Of a DNA stretch of 64,000 nt, positions 17,319-26,191 are shown one piece after another; the first letter of the stretch is position 1; each line of letters opens with the position of its first letter. Made by a program: the position numbers and the translations under genes. The stretch comes from an uncultured Desulfobacteraceae bacterium (GTDB lineage Bacteria; Desulfobacterota; Desulfobacteria; Desulfobacterales; JALSRD01), in contig CAYZCL010000133.1 in NCBI GenBank assembly GCA_964476595.1, positions 179 through 64,178 of the forward strand, given 5' to 3'. The notes under the pieces are model-generated. The model saw nothing but the letters and a program-made list of their open reading frames with translations. It ran no database searches and was not told the DNA's origin.

Positions 17319-17338
17319 TTGAGCAATCATTCAAACGT
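17319..17338. promoter_or_regulatory. second copy of the candidate ArsR box
   Basis: TTGAGCAATCATTCAAACGT lies 25 nt upstream of the arsR start codon on the other strand. Confidence 0.35.
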
Positions 17339-17622
17339 AATATAGGTCCTTCTCCCGGAAAAAGCAAGTCCGGCGGGAATAATTTCGCGCCTTGCCCGTT
17401 TTCACCCCGGGAAGGTACGCCGGGGACCGGAAAGCGGACGGTTTTTGCGCACCCCGCGCGCCGCCGGTTCCCGTACGGGGACTGGTTCCGGCCCGGCAAC
17501 CCCCATAATCATGGGAATTCGGGCTATTGCCGGTATCGTCGGCGAGATGGCACAACCGTTGCAGTCTCCAGTTCCCGCAAGGCGCGTTTGGGGCCGCAAA
17601 GCGTTTGCGGGGAGGCGTCACC

Positions 17623-17784
17623 ATGCAATACCCGGAAAGAATTTTCACGGACCCGGTATGCGGCATGCGGGTCGACCCGGCGCGATCCGGCGTCGGCGTC
17701 ACCATCGACGGCACGGCGCGGAAACATTTTTGGCAAAACGGCGACCCGAAGTGTAACCTTTGGCCGACCGAAACGTTCAGATAA
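17623..17784 (+). CDS. small YHS/TRASH-like metal-binding protein (possibly degenerate)
   Basis: 53 aa. The N-terminal DPVCGMRVDP is the YHS-type signature. The C-terminal half does not show the usual second Cys pair. Confidence 0.4.
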   Translation: MQYPERIFTDPVCGMRVDPARSGVGVTIDGTARKHFWQNGDPKCNLWPTETFR

Positions 17785-17788
17785 CAGC

Positions 17789-18265
17789 GTGAACAGGTTC
17801 AAATCTTTTTACAACGGCCAGAAGGAAAGGCTGTTCGGCTACCTGCTGAAGATGACCGGCGACTACTACCTGGCCGCCGACTTCATGCAGGAGAGCTTTA
17901 CACGCTACCTGGAACGCTATAAGGACAGGGAGCCCAGCACGTCGTTGCTCTTCACCATCGCCCGCAACCTGGTTATCGACAACAGCCGCCGGCAGGGCAG
18001 CGGGGAACCTTACGAGGAGACCCGCAATGAAAGCGGCATCGACCAGGAGCGCATGCTGATGGTGCGCGAAGAGTACCGACGCGTGCTGGCGGCCATGCAG
18101 AAACTGCCGGGAAAGGACCGCGACATTCTCTCGCTGGTGGTCAGCAGCGGCCTGTCCTACGGTGAAATTGCCAAGATCGCCGGCATCAGTGAAGCCAACC
18201 TCAAGGTGCGTGTTCACCGCTGCCGGCTGAAACTGCGAAAATTGCTTGAGACAGGTGACCCATGA
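17789..18265 (+). CDS. ECF-type RNA polymerase sigma-70 factor
   Basis: 158 aa from the GTG at 17789. Region 2 reads ..DFMQESFTRYLERY..LFTIARNLVIDNSRR.. and region 4 reads ..LSYGEIAKIAGISEANLKVRVHRCRLKLR... Confidence 0.85.
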   Translation: MNRFKSFYNGQKERLFGYLLKMTGDYYLAADFMQESFTRYLERYKDREPSTSLLFTIARNLVIDNSRRQGSGEPYEETRNESGIDQERMLMVREEYRRVLAAMQKLPGKDRDILSLVVSSGLSYGEIAKIAGISEANLKVRVHRCRLKLRKLLETGDP

Positions 18266-18837
18266 AAGACCATCTCATCAGCTCGTTCATCGATGACGAA
18301 CTGGACCTGGACGAAAAAATCGATTTCGTCGAGACCGTCCACGGCGACCGACGCTTCAAGGACGAGACCGTGGACCTGCTGCGTCAGGAGATGCTGCTGC
18401 GCGGCGACATGGTAGGAAGGGTGCCGGCGGTGCGGGTCAACGCCCCCGGAACCCTCTGGCCGGAGTGGCTGCGGCCGGTGGCCGCGCTGGCGGCGACCCT
18501 GGCCATGGTGGTCGTCTTCTTCCTGCTGGTGCCCCGGCCGGCCGAGCACACGCGGCAGGCGGCGGTGGAGCGCATTCCCCACCGCTTTGTGCTCTACCTG
18601 CCCCAGGCCCGCAGGGCCCAGCTGGTGGGCAGTTTCACCCACTGGCGCCCGGTGCCCATGCGGCGGCTCGACGACACCGGCTACTGGGTGCTGAACATGG
18701 CGCTGCCCGCAGGGGAGCACCGCTACAGCTACTTGGTGGAAAACGGAAAGCGCATCGCCGACCCGACGGTCCCGGCCCGGGAGAGAGACGATTTCGGCGG
18801 TGAAAACTCGATCATCGAAGTGAGGAAAGCGATATGA
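18262..18837 (+). CDS. anti-sigma factor, single TM, periplasmic CBM48/AMPK-beta-like (E-set) domain
   Basis: ATGA overlap with the sigma gene. It has an N-terminal anti-sigma helix region and a TM segment at VAALAATLAMVVVFFLLV. The C-terminal VGSFTHWRPVPM..GYWVLNMALPAGEHRYSYLVENGKRIADP..NSIIEV is a CBM48-like pattern. Confidence 0.7.
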   Translation: MKDHLISSFIDDELDLDEKIDFVETVHGDRRFKDETVDLLRQEMLLRGDMVGRVPAVRVNAPGTLWPEWLRPVAALAATLAMVVVFFLLVPRPAEHTRQAAVERIPHRFVLYLPQARRAQLVGSFTHWRPVPMRRLDDTGYWVLNMALPAGEHRYSYLVENGKRIADPTVPARERDDFGGENSIIEVRKAI

Positions 18838-19157
18838 CGGGAAAAATCATTCTGGCGGTGACACTGGCCACGATACTAGCCGGGTGTGCTTCGCTCCCGT
18901 TTGCCCCCGGTGGTTCCCGGACGGTGACCCTCTATCTGAAAAAACCGGAAGCCAGGAGGGTGCAGTTCGCCTCTTCGCTGGACGGGTTCCGGCTCCACGA
19001 CACCCGCAGAACCGCCTCCGGGAGCTGGGAGATCGACATGCCCGCAGGCAGGGAGTTTACTTATTTTTACATGGTCGACGGCAAGCGCTACGTTCCCGCC
19101 TGCCGCTACAGGGAAAAGGACGACTTCGGCTCCCGCAACTGCATCTACCTTCCATGA
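18834..19157 (+). CDS. lipoprotein with CBM48/E-set-like domain
   Basis: Lipobox LAGC, then ..VQFASSLDGFRLHDTRRTASGSWEIDMPAGREFTYFYMVDGKRYVP... It overlaps the anti-sigma stop. Confidence 0.65.
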   Translation: MTGKIILAVTLATILAGCASLPFAPGGSRTVTLYLKKPEARRVQFASSLDGFRLHDTRRTASGSWEIDMPAGREFTYFYMVDGKRYVPACRYREKDDFGSRNCIYLP

Positions 19158-19219
19158 GCTGTAACCTTCAGGCCTGCTGTGCGTTATGCAGACAAACCAA
19201 TCGCACAGGGGAGGACATC

Positions 19220-20368
19220 ATGAGAAAATTCACAGCTATCCTTTTCTGCCTGGTGCTGCTGGGAACCGGATCGGCCTCGGCCGCTGGCGCACCAGCCGTA
19301 CCGGACACCTGGTCCGCGTCGCTCCAGCAGAGCACCCGCGAGATGGTGCGCGCCGGCGTACCGGCCGACGACGCCATCGCCATGACCTCGAGTATGGTCC
19401 AGGCGCGCTTCAACCGCCAGCAGATCCAGCAGGCCCAGCAGGTGGTCGTCAAGGCCCACCAGAAGGGGCTGCCGGTGGCGCCGGTGATCAGCAAGGCCCT
19501 GGAGGGCGTGGCCAAGCAGGTCCCGCCGCGTTCGGTCATCCGGGCCATGGAGCGCGTGAGTTCGCGCTACGCTTACGCCTTTAACATGGCCAGCCGGCTC
19601 ACCCGGGAAAAACCGGAAATCGAACGGCTGGGCCAACTCATCGCCGCCAGCCTCGCGGCCGGTATGAGCCACAGGGACATGGCCAAAATGGTGGGACGGC
19701 TGCACAACGAGGTGCGCCACCTGAGCCGCGACGACCGGCGTGCACTGGCCGCTGCCGCCCTGGTGACCGCCAGGGACATGGCCCGGCAGGGCGTCCCCTC
19801 GGCTCACGCCGCGCAGGTGGTTGACCGGGCCCTGCACAGGGGATTCAAGGCCCACGAGATGCAGGCCTTGCACCACGCCTTCATGTCCCGCTCGGCCGCC
19901 ATGCCGGCCGACCAGGTGGCCCTCAGTTTCTCCAGGTCCATTCACAGGGGGACCTTCGACGCCATGGCCGAGATGGCCGAACATGTCGGGAAAACCGCTG
20001 CGGCCAGCATGGCGATGGAAGCCGAACACGGCGTGATCGGACATGCCACGACGGGGAACATGGGTCACGCGGATAAGGGCCCCAGCGGTCATGTGTCCGA
20101 CGGGGGCGACATGGGCGGCCACGCCAGCGGTGACATGGGCGGCCACTCCGGTGACATGGGCGGCCACTCCGGGGTGGACGGTGGCTCCTCCGGCGGTGAC
20201 GTGGGTGGCCACGGCGACGCCGCGGGCGGCGGATCCTCCGGCGGTGACGCGAGTTCCAGCGGCGGCGACATGGGCGGTCACGCCAGCGGCGACATGGGCG
20301 GCCATGGCGGCGGCGACATGGGCGGCCATGGCGGCGGTGGCGGCAGCGACGGCGGCGGTCATCACTGA
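19220..20368 (+). CDS. secreted helical-repeat protein with C-terminal Met/His/Gly-rich GDMGGH repeats
   Basis: The ATG at 19220 follows GGGGAGGA. It has a signal peptide (..GSASAAGA) and ~290 aa of helical repeats. An 87-aa tail carries six GDMGGH units plus GDVGGH, and ends in GGGHH. Confidence 0.75.
   Translation: MRKFTAILFCLVLLGTGSASAAGAPAVPDTWSASLQQSTREMVRAGVPADDAIAMTSSMVQARFNRQQIQQAQQVVVKAHQKGLPVAPVISKALEGVAKQVPPRSVIRAMERVSSRYAYAFNMASRLTREKPEIERLGQLIAASLAAGMSHRDMAKMVGRLHNEVRHLSRDDRRALAAAALVTARDMARQGVPSAHAAQVVDRALHRGFKAHEMQALHHAFMSRSAAMPADQVALSFSRSIHRGTFDAMAEMAEHVGKTAAASMAMEAEHGVIGHATTGNMGHADKGPSGHVSDGGDMGGHASGDMGGHSGDMGGHSGVDGGSSGGDVGGHGDAAGGGSSGGDASSSGGDMGGHASGDMGGHGGGDMGGHGGGGGSDGGGHH
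20105..20365 (+). repeat. in-frame degenerate tandem repeats encoding (S)GDMGGH(A/S/G)
   Basis: GGYGACATGGGCGGYCAY units recur with 18-24 nt periodicity inside the CDS. Confidence 0.8.
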
Positions 20369-20738
20369 TCGGGTTTGCACGCCTAAACCCTTCACCGGGC
20401 GGCGTTCCCAAGGAGGCCGCCCGGCAGACCGCCCACCCTCTCTTTTCGTCCCCATCCCCCGCCTTTCGCGCCCGACACCCTGCCCGCAACGATTCCCCTT
20501 TTCCAGCCTTTCCCGCCCGGCACATCCCACGCGAGGGCCTTCACCGGGTCCGCGCCGCGCCGGAGGCAATCTGCCTCGGTCGAGGCACGATGCCCCGCCG
20601 AAGATATCGCGACCGACCGGGCCGTCGGGGGTGGCAAAGGGGGGGCACGGGCTTCCTGTCGACATTTCGCATTCTAAAACAGCGTGATAATGGGTTAGCC
20701 ATCAAGTTCGTGCCGCATACCGGGCGATTGGCGACAAA

Positions 20739-20754
20739 TGGCATGGTTTGTGCT
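20739..20754 (+). promoter_or_regulatory. candidate sigma-54 (-24/-12) promoter upstream of usp
   Basis: TGGCATGGTTTGTGCT has GG and GC at canonical spacing. It ends 89 nt upstream of the usp ATG. Confidence 0.35.
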
Positions 20755-20842
20755 GGGTCCATCGGCAGGCAGGGGCAAAATCCGCCATTGCATTTATCCG
20801 CCAATCTGATAGAAAAACGACCATGAACGGGGGGAAACAGCC

Positions 20843-21349
20843 ATGATTCCCGATGTCCGAAAAATTCTTTACGCCACCGATCTTTCCGAGAACGCCAGGC
20901 ACTCTTTCGGTTACGCCGCCACCCTGTCGGACCGCTGCGGCGCCACCATCACGATCCTGCACGTGCTCGAAGAACTGCCGCCCAGCACGATCATGCAGGT
21001 CAAATCACTCATGGGTGAGCAGTGGTGGCGGGAAAACATGGACCGCAACCGGCAGGACATCGTCGACGGCATCCGTCGGCGCCTGGAAGAATTCTGCGAA
21101 CAGGTGGAGCGCAAACAAGCGGCCTGCTTTTTCCGGGTGGCCGACATCCTGGTAACCGAGGGGCACCCCGTGAGCACCATCCTGAAAACCGCCGCCGAAA
21201 ACGGCCACGACCTCATCGTCATGGGGACCCATGGCCACGGCCGGTTCCAGGAAGCCCTGATGGGCAGCACCGCCCGTCGGGTGGTGCGCCGCAGCCCCTT
21301 GCCGGTGCTGACCGTCCGGCTGCCCGGCAAGGGGGACCAGCCCCTCTGA
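20843..21349 (+). CDS. universal stress protein (UspA family)
   Basis: 168 aa with ..ILYATDLSE.. and ..DLIVMGTHGHGRFQEALMGSTARRVVRRSPLPVLTV... Confidence 0.85.
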   Translation: MIPDVRKILYATDLSENARHSFGYAATLSDRCGATITILHVLEELPPSTIMQVKSLMGEQWWRENMDRNRQDIVDGIRRRLEEFCEQVERKQAACFFRVADILVTEGHPVSTILKTAAENGHDLIVMGTHGHGRFQEALMGSTARRVVRRSPLPVLTVRLPGKGDQPL

Positions 21350-21419
21350 ACAGGACCCGCGGGGTCCTTCCACCGATACCGGCGACCCGAACCGTTTCCC
21401 GCAGTTTGGAATACGGCCT

Positions 21420-23840
21420 ATGAGAGTTTCGAAATGGATCCTCGTTGCCTGTGTCCTGGCTGCAGCCGCCGCCTGGCCGGCCGGCTTGTGCGCGGCGGGT
21501 TCGGCCGGCTCCGGGATGGGTGAAGGCGTCTCGGCCGCAGCGGAAGGTTGCGGTGTCCCCAAGGCCGACCGGCGCGCGCCGCGCTACGTGACGGTGCGCC
21601 TGGAGCAACGTTTCGACACCGTCGTCGCCGGCAGCAACGGCTATTTCGACCTCATCGCCAGCATTGACGGGCCGGATGCCGGAAAGGGACGCGGCATGCA
21701 GTGGGATCCCCGCTCCCAGGCACCGGTGATCGTTTGGATCACCACGCCGGCCACCAGCGGCATCGCCTTCGTCGACAGACGCCACCCCGACAAACCGCGC
21801 CACCATTTCCTCGCCAGGTTTCCCCGTCCCGGTGGAGACCTCAGCCAACCGCTGTCCGTGCGCGTGGAGTACACCGTCGACCCCAAGACCAAGGCCGGCA
21901 GGCACACCATGTGGATGGACATCCTGGCCAACCTCACCGACCGCAGGGGCGAGCGGGTCGAAGACGTCGGCATCGCCACGGTACCGTTCCAGGTCGACAC
22001 CCATCTGGGTATCAAACTGACCATGCTGGCGGTGGTAGCGGCGGCGGTGTTCCTGTTCATCGTGGAATGGGTGCGCGTGGATGTGGTGGCCATCGTCATG
22101 ATGGTGCTGCTGCCCCAACTGGACCTGCTCAACGCCAAGGACACTTTCAGGGGGCTGAGCAGCAACGCCGTGGTGGCCATCATCGGCGTGATGATCATCA
22201 GCTACGGCCTGAACCGGGCGGGTCTGGTCAACCGGCTCATTCGTCCGATGCTCAAAGTGGTGGGCAAAAGCCCCCGGCGGTTGACGGTCATCTTCTCGAG
22301 CCTGATCGCGATCATCTCCAGCGTCATGCAGAACACCGGCGCGGCCGTGCTGTTCCTGCCCGCCATCCGCACCGTCACCTCTTACCGGCTCAAGATTCCC
22401 ATTTCCCGGGTGCTGATGCCCATCGGCATGGCGGCCATCCTCGGCGGCACGCTGACCATGATCGGCACCAGTCCGCTGATCCTGCTCAACGACATCCTGC
22501 CGCCGGGCATGCCCCGCTTCGGATTCCTCGAGCTGACGCCCATCGGCCTGGCCCTGGCGGTAGGAGGCATCGCCTACCTGTCCACGGCGGGCATGCGCAT
22601 GCTGGCGAAACTGCCGGCCAGTATGGATAAGGCCGAAGACAGCCGGGGCGACCTGCTGGACCAGTATCCCTGCATCCAGGGTCCCTTCGAGATCAAGGTG
22701 CCGCAAACTTACCGGCCGGGCGAGGGCCCGCAGAAAATTGTGGAAATCCGGCGCCGTTTCCTGGTCAACATCGTGGCCATTATGGGTACCGACGGCAAGT
22801 GCGAGGTGGCCCCCCTGCCCGATACCGTCATACAGCCTGGCTTCAGCCTTTGCGCCTACGGTCCCGAAAAGGCCGTGCGCAAATTTGCCGAGGACTACGG
22901 ACTGGAACTGCAGCGGGAGTCCCAGTGCTTCAAGAACGACATGTTCAACCCCTCCGTGGCCGGCATCGTGGAAGGCGTGGTGCCGCCCCATTCCAAGATC
23001 GTGGGCCGCACCATCAAGGAGGTCCGTTTCCGGGAAACCTTCGGCCTCAACGCCCTGGCCCTGCACCAGTCCGGCCGAACCTACTACCGCGAACTGGCCG
23101 ACCGACCGCTGACGCCCGGTGACGCCGTGCTGGTCCACGGCACCTGGGCGCAACTGCACGCCCTCAAGGACCTCTACCACAACCTGATCATCATCACCCC
23201 CTACGAGGAAGAATTCCACAAGCCGGAAAAGGCCCGCGCGGCCCTGACCTGGTTCCTGATCTCCCTGGGCCTGATGGTGCTCTCCAGTTTCTATTTTCAA
23301 AACAAACCCTACAACCCCATACCGCTGTCGGTGTGTCTCATGTTAGGGGCCGTGGGCATGGTGATCTCGAAAGTCATCACCATCAACGAGGCCTACCGGG
23401 CGGTGGACTGGCGCACCGTTTTCCTGCTCGGGGGACTGATCCCCCTGGGCATGGCCGTGGACCAGACCGGCACGGCCGCCTGGATCGCCAGGGGGATCGT
23501 CCTAGGCCTGGGCAGCGTCATGTCACCCCTGGTGCTGCTGATCATCCTGGCCTGCCTGAGCTGCGCCTTCACCATGGTGATCTCCAACGTGGGCGCCTGC
23601 ACCCTGCTGGTGCCCCTGGGCATTTCCATCGCCCACCAGATCGGAATGGATCCGCGGGTGGCGGCCATCGTGGTAGGCCTGGGCGTGTCCAACTCCTTCA
23701 TGCTCCCCACCCACCAGGTCAATGCGCTGTACATGGGGCCCGGCGAGTATCGCACCAAGGACTACGTCAAAATCGGCGGCGGATTATCGGCGATCTACAT
23801 CGCCATCCTGGTGGCCATGACCTACTTCTTCTACCTATGA
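21420..23840 (+). CDS. SLC13/DASS-family permease with two central TrkA-C (RCK_C) domains and an extra N-terminal periplasmic domain
   Basis: 806 aa. A signal peptide and a ~180-aa non-membrane domain precede the permease core. Two TrkA-C-like segments occur (..VKVPQTYRPGEGPQKIVEIRRRFLVNIVAI.. / ..VVPPHSKIVGRTIKEVRFRETFGLNALALH..). Confidence 0.8.
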   Translation: MRVSKWILVACVLAAAAAWPAGLCAAGSAGSGMGEGVSAAAEGCGVPKADRRAPRYVTVRLEQRFDTVVAGSNGYFDLIASIDGPDAGKGRGMQWDPRSQAPVIVWITTPATSGIAFVDRRHPDKPRHHFLARFPRPGGDLSQPLSVRVEYTVDPKTKAGRHTMWMDILANLTDRRGERVEDVGIATVPFQVDTHLGIKLTMLAVVAAAVFLFIVEWVRVDVVAIVMMVLLPQLDLLNAKDTFRGLSSNAVVAIIGVMIISYGLNRAGLVNRLIRPMLKVVGKSPRRLTVIFSSLIAIISSVMQNTGAAVLFLPAIRTVTSYRLKIPISRVLMPIGMAAILGGTLTMIGTSPLILLNDILPPGMPRFGFLELTPIGLALAVGGIAYLSTAGMRMLAKLPASMDKAEDSRGDLLDQYPCIQGPFEIKVPQTYRPGEGPQKIVEIRRRFLVNIVAIMGTDGKCEVAPLPDTVIQPGFSLCAYGPEKAVRKFAEDYGLELQRESQCFKNDMFNPSVAGIVEGVVPPHSKIVGRTIKEVRFRETFGLNALALHQSGRTYYRELADRPLTPGDAVLVHGTWAQLHALKDLYHNLIIITPYEEEFHKPEKARAALTWFLISLGLMVLSSFYFQNKPYNPIPLSVCLMLGAVGMVISKVITINEAYRAVDWRTVFLLGGLIPLGMAVDQTGTAAWIARGIVLGLGSVMSPLVLLIILACLSCAFTMVISNVGACTLLVPLGISIAHQIGMDPRVAAIVVGLGVSNSFMLPTHQVNALYMGPGEYRTKDYVKIGGGLSAIYIAILVAMTYFFYL

Positions 23841-23922
23841 CCGGCGGCCGGGGCGGCCATTTCGGACAACGGGCAGCCCGCGGCATGCCGAAAGGGACGG
23901 GCGAATCGGAGGGAGAGACGAA

Positions 23923-24492
23923 ATGCAGACAGACAAGCCGGATACCAACACCCCGAGACCCAGGAAACGCTTCAATATGAACCTGAAGCATCTGTCGCTG
24001 GAGACGATCGCCCTGATCGGCGCGCTGGCCCTTTCCATGCTGGGCATCGGCCTCACCGACTACGCCCCCCAGAGCAGCCATCGCTACTGGGGTGCAATGA
24101 CGCTGGTGCTGGCCGCCGCGGCTCTCGTCATCGGCTGGTCCAGGGCCAAGCGTCTCGGATTGCCCCTCAAACAGGCCCTGACCGCCCAGACCATTCACTG
24201 GCTGACCACCATCGCGGCCATCGGCGGCATTTTCCTGCTGCTCAAGTCGGGGCGTCTGAACTACGAAAATACCGGGCTGGTGCTGCTGATGACGTTGGGT
24301 TTCTCGACGCTGCTGGACGGCTACCGCATCAACTGGCGTTTCAGCCTGATCGGTCTGCTGATGTTCGTCACGAGCATTGCCGCGGCGTACATCGAGGAAT
24401 ACCTGTGGATCATGCTGATCGTCGCCACGGCCGTCGCCGCCGGGGTCATCTACTGGGAAAGGCACAAAGAATCCAGCAAACGCGGCACGTGA
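23923..24492 (+). CDS. hypothetical membrane protein (about 5 TM)
   Basis: 189 aa with a GGAGGGAGAG RBS and hydrophobic segments throughout. Confidence 0.6.
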   Translation: MQTDKPDTNTPRPRKRFNMNLKHLSLETIALIGALALSMLGIGLTDYAPQSSHRYWGAMTLVLAAAALVIGWSRAKRLGLPLKQALTAQTIHWLTTIAAIGGIFLLLKSGRLNYENTGLVLLMTLGFSTLLDGYRINWRFSLIGLLMFVTSIAAAYIEEYLWIMLIVATAVAAGVIYWERHKESSKRGT

Positions 24493-24501
24493 GGGCGGGC
24501 G

Positions 24502-25083
24502 TCAGCGCCTGGCCGACGCATCGCCGGTCCGTCGCTTTTTGCGCCGCAGGTAGACGATCCATACCACGGCTCCGATGCCCGCGATGGCCCCCAGCACCAG
24601 CAGTTCGTAGCGTTTCATGTCCCCCAGCAGGCTCTCCAGGGCGTTTCCGAACAGGTACCCCCCGCCCGACACCAGCACGGCCCACACCACCGCGCTCATG
24701 ACGCTGAAGGAGATGAATTCGGCCGCCGGGATGCGGCTCATGCCGATGGCGAAGGGGATCACGGTGCGTAGGCCGTACATGAAGCGGAAGAAGAACATGA
24801 CCAGCCGCCGGTAGCGCGAAAGGAGCCGTTCGGCCTTTTCGATCCTGGTCGCCAGGGAAGGGTGCCGCGCCAGCGTCTTCTCGCGCCGCTTGCGGCCCAG
24901 CCAGAAAAAGGACTGGTCCCCGCAGAAACTGCCGATGGAGGCGGCCGTCATCACGTAGGGCAGTTCCAGGTAGCCCTGGTGGGCGGCAAAGGCCGCCAGC
25001 AGCAGCGTGGTCTCCCCTTCCAGGAAGGTCCCCACCACCACACCGATGTAGCCGTAAGTCTGAATCAGTTCGGACAGGGTCAT
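24502..25083 (-). CDS. DedA-family membrane protein
   Basis: 193 aa with GYIGVVVGTFLEGETTLL..GDQSFFWLGR..FFFRFMYGLRTVIPF (SNARE-associated/DedA pattern). Confidence 0.85.
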   Translation of the reverse strand: MTLSELIQTYGYIGVVVGTFLEGETTLLLAAFAAHQGYLELPYVMTAASIGSFCGDQSFFWLGRKRREKTLARHPSLATRIEKAERLLSRYRRLVMFFFRFMYGLRTVIPFAIGMSRIPAAEFISFSVMSAVVWAVLVSGGGYLFGNALESLLGDMKRYELLVLGAIAGIGAVVWIVYLRRKKRRTGDASARR

Positions 25084-25184
25084 GGTATGGCCGTCTCCCG
25101 CAAGAGGTGTGGGTGATCCGGCCGCTCCGCCCCACCCTGCCCGAGCGACCTCGTTTTCAGGAACCGGCGCTTCGCCGCCGCCCC

Positions 25185-26009
25185 CTACCGTCCGAACAGT
25201 TCCCGCGTCTTGCGGGGCAGGTAGCGTTCGGCGATGAGGGTCAGCGGTTTCCGGGCGCGGTTGAAATTCTCCTCCAGCGACCAGAATAGGTCGTCGAGGT
25301 GCTTTTCACGGGAGGTCTCGTGCTCGGCGGCCAGCTTGTAGTACCGGCGCCCCTCTTCCTCGTACTCGCTGAGCGTGATGCGGGGGATACCCGCGATGGT
25401 CGGCCGCGGCTCGCCGGACAGGGGGTAGCGCGTGTTGTAGTCCACGTAATCGGGGAAAAAGCCCAGCACGAAAAGACAGATATCGGCGATGCGCTTGTAC
25501 AGCGCCAGCTGGTACTCGTCTTCGACCACCTCGCTGAAGCTCTTGAGGCTCTCGATGTCCATGTCGTTGAAGCGAATCTTGCGCCACACGTTGCCCTTGA
25601 CGCGCACCGAGAAGCTGTAGCTGTTGACGCGCGTAAAGGACGAGAGCATGTCGGCCATGTACAGCAGGATGGACTCGTCCGAGAGCAGATCGGCGACCTC
25701 GCCGGCGTCGAAGACCGGGATGTTCATGGCCCCGCTTTTCTCGATGGTGTAACTCTCGTGCTGGAGGTCGCTGGCCGCCTTGCGCAGCAGGATCTCGAAA
25801 AAAAGGCGCGGAGAGATACGGACGAAGACCGTGTCGTCTTCCACGATGCGTTTGACCACCCGCCGGTCCTGAATGAAGGCGTTCCTGAAGTCCTCGTCCT
25901 CGGCCAAAATCCGCCGCAGGTTCTCGCGGTCCCCCACCTCCGGTGACAGCACGTCGATGAGAAAATTCAGGTCGTTTTCAGACAGTTCGACATCGAATGG
26001 ATACAGCAT
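25185..26009 (-). CDS. hypothetical protein
   Basis: 274 aa from the ATG at 26009 (GGAGG RBS). The composition is coding-like and acidic. No motif recognised. Confidence 0.6.
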   Translation of the reverse strand: MLYPFDVELSENDLNFLIDVLSPEVGDRENLRRILAEDEDFRNAFIQDRRVVKRIVEDDTVFVRISPRLFFEILLRKAASDLQHESYTIEKSGAMNIPVFDAGEVADLLSDESILLYMADMLSSFTRVNSYSFSVRVKGNVWRKIRFNDMDIESLKSFSEVVEDEYQLALYKRIADICLFVLGFFPDYVDYNTRYPLSGEPRPTIAGIPRITLSEYEEEGRRYYKLAAEHETSREKHLDDLFWSLEENFNRARKPLTLIAERYLPRKTRELFGR

Positions 26010-26191
26010 TTTCCCTGCTCCCTCCAAGAGGCCGTTGAAAGTGAAATTGACTGCCTTCGTTCACTTCCATCATCGGTAAAATTTTAAGACATCTTGACCC
26101 GGGGGGCAAGGGGAAATTGGACACCGGAAAGACGCGGCGGCGCACGCCGCGCTTGGCCGCACCGTCTCCGACGCTGTACCAATGTCCCCGC

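Noticed and set aside
20105-20365. Possible CRISPR or non-coding tandem repeat array.
   Set aside because: The repeats are in frame within a CDS, degenerate and without unique spacers. No cas genes are in the window.
19184-20665. 493-aa minus-strand ORF across the Met/His-rich protein gene.
   Set aside because: The plus-strand frame has an RBS, a signal peptide and structured repeats. The minus frame is a mirror of the repeats and is Arg/Gly/His-rich.
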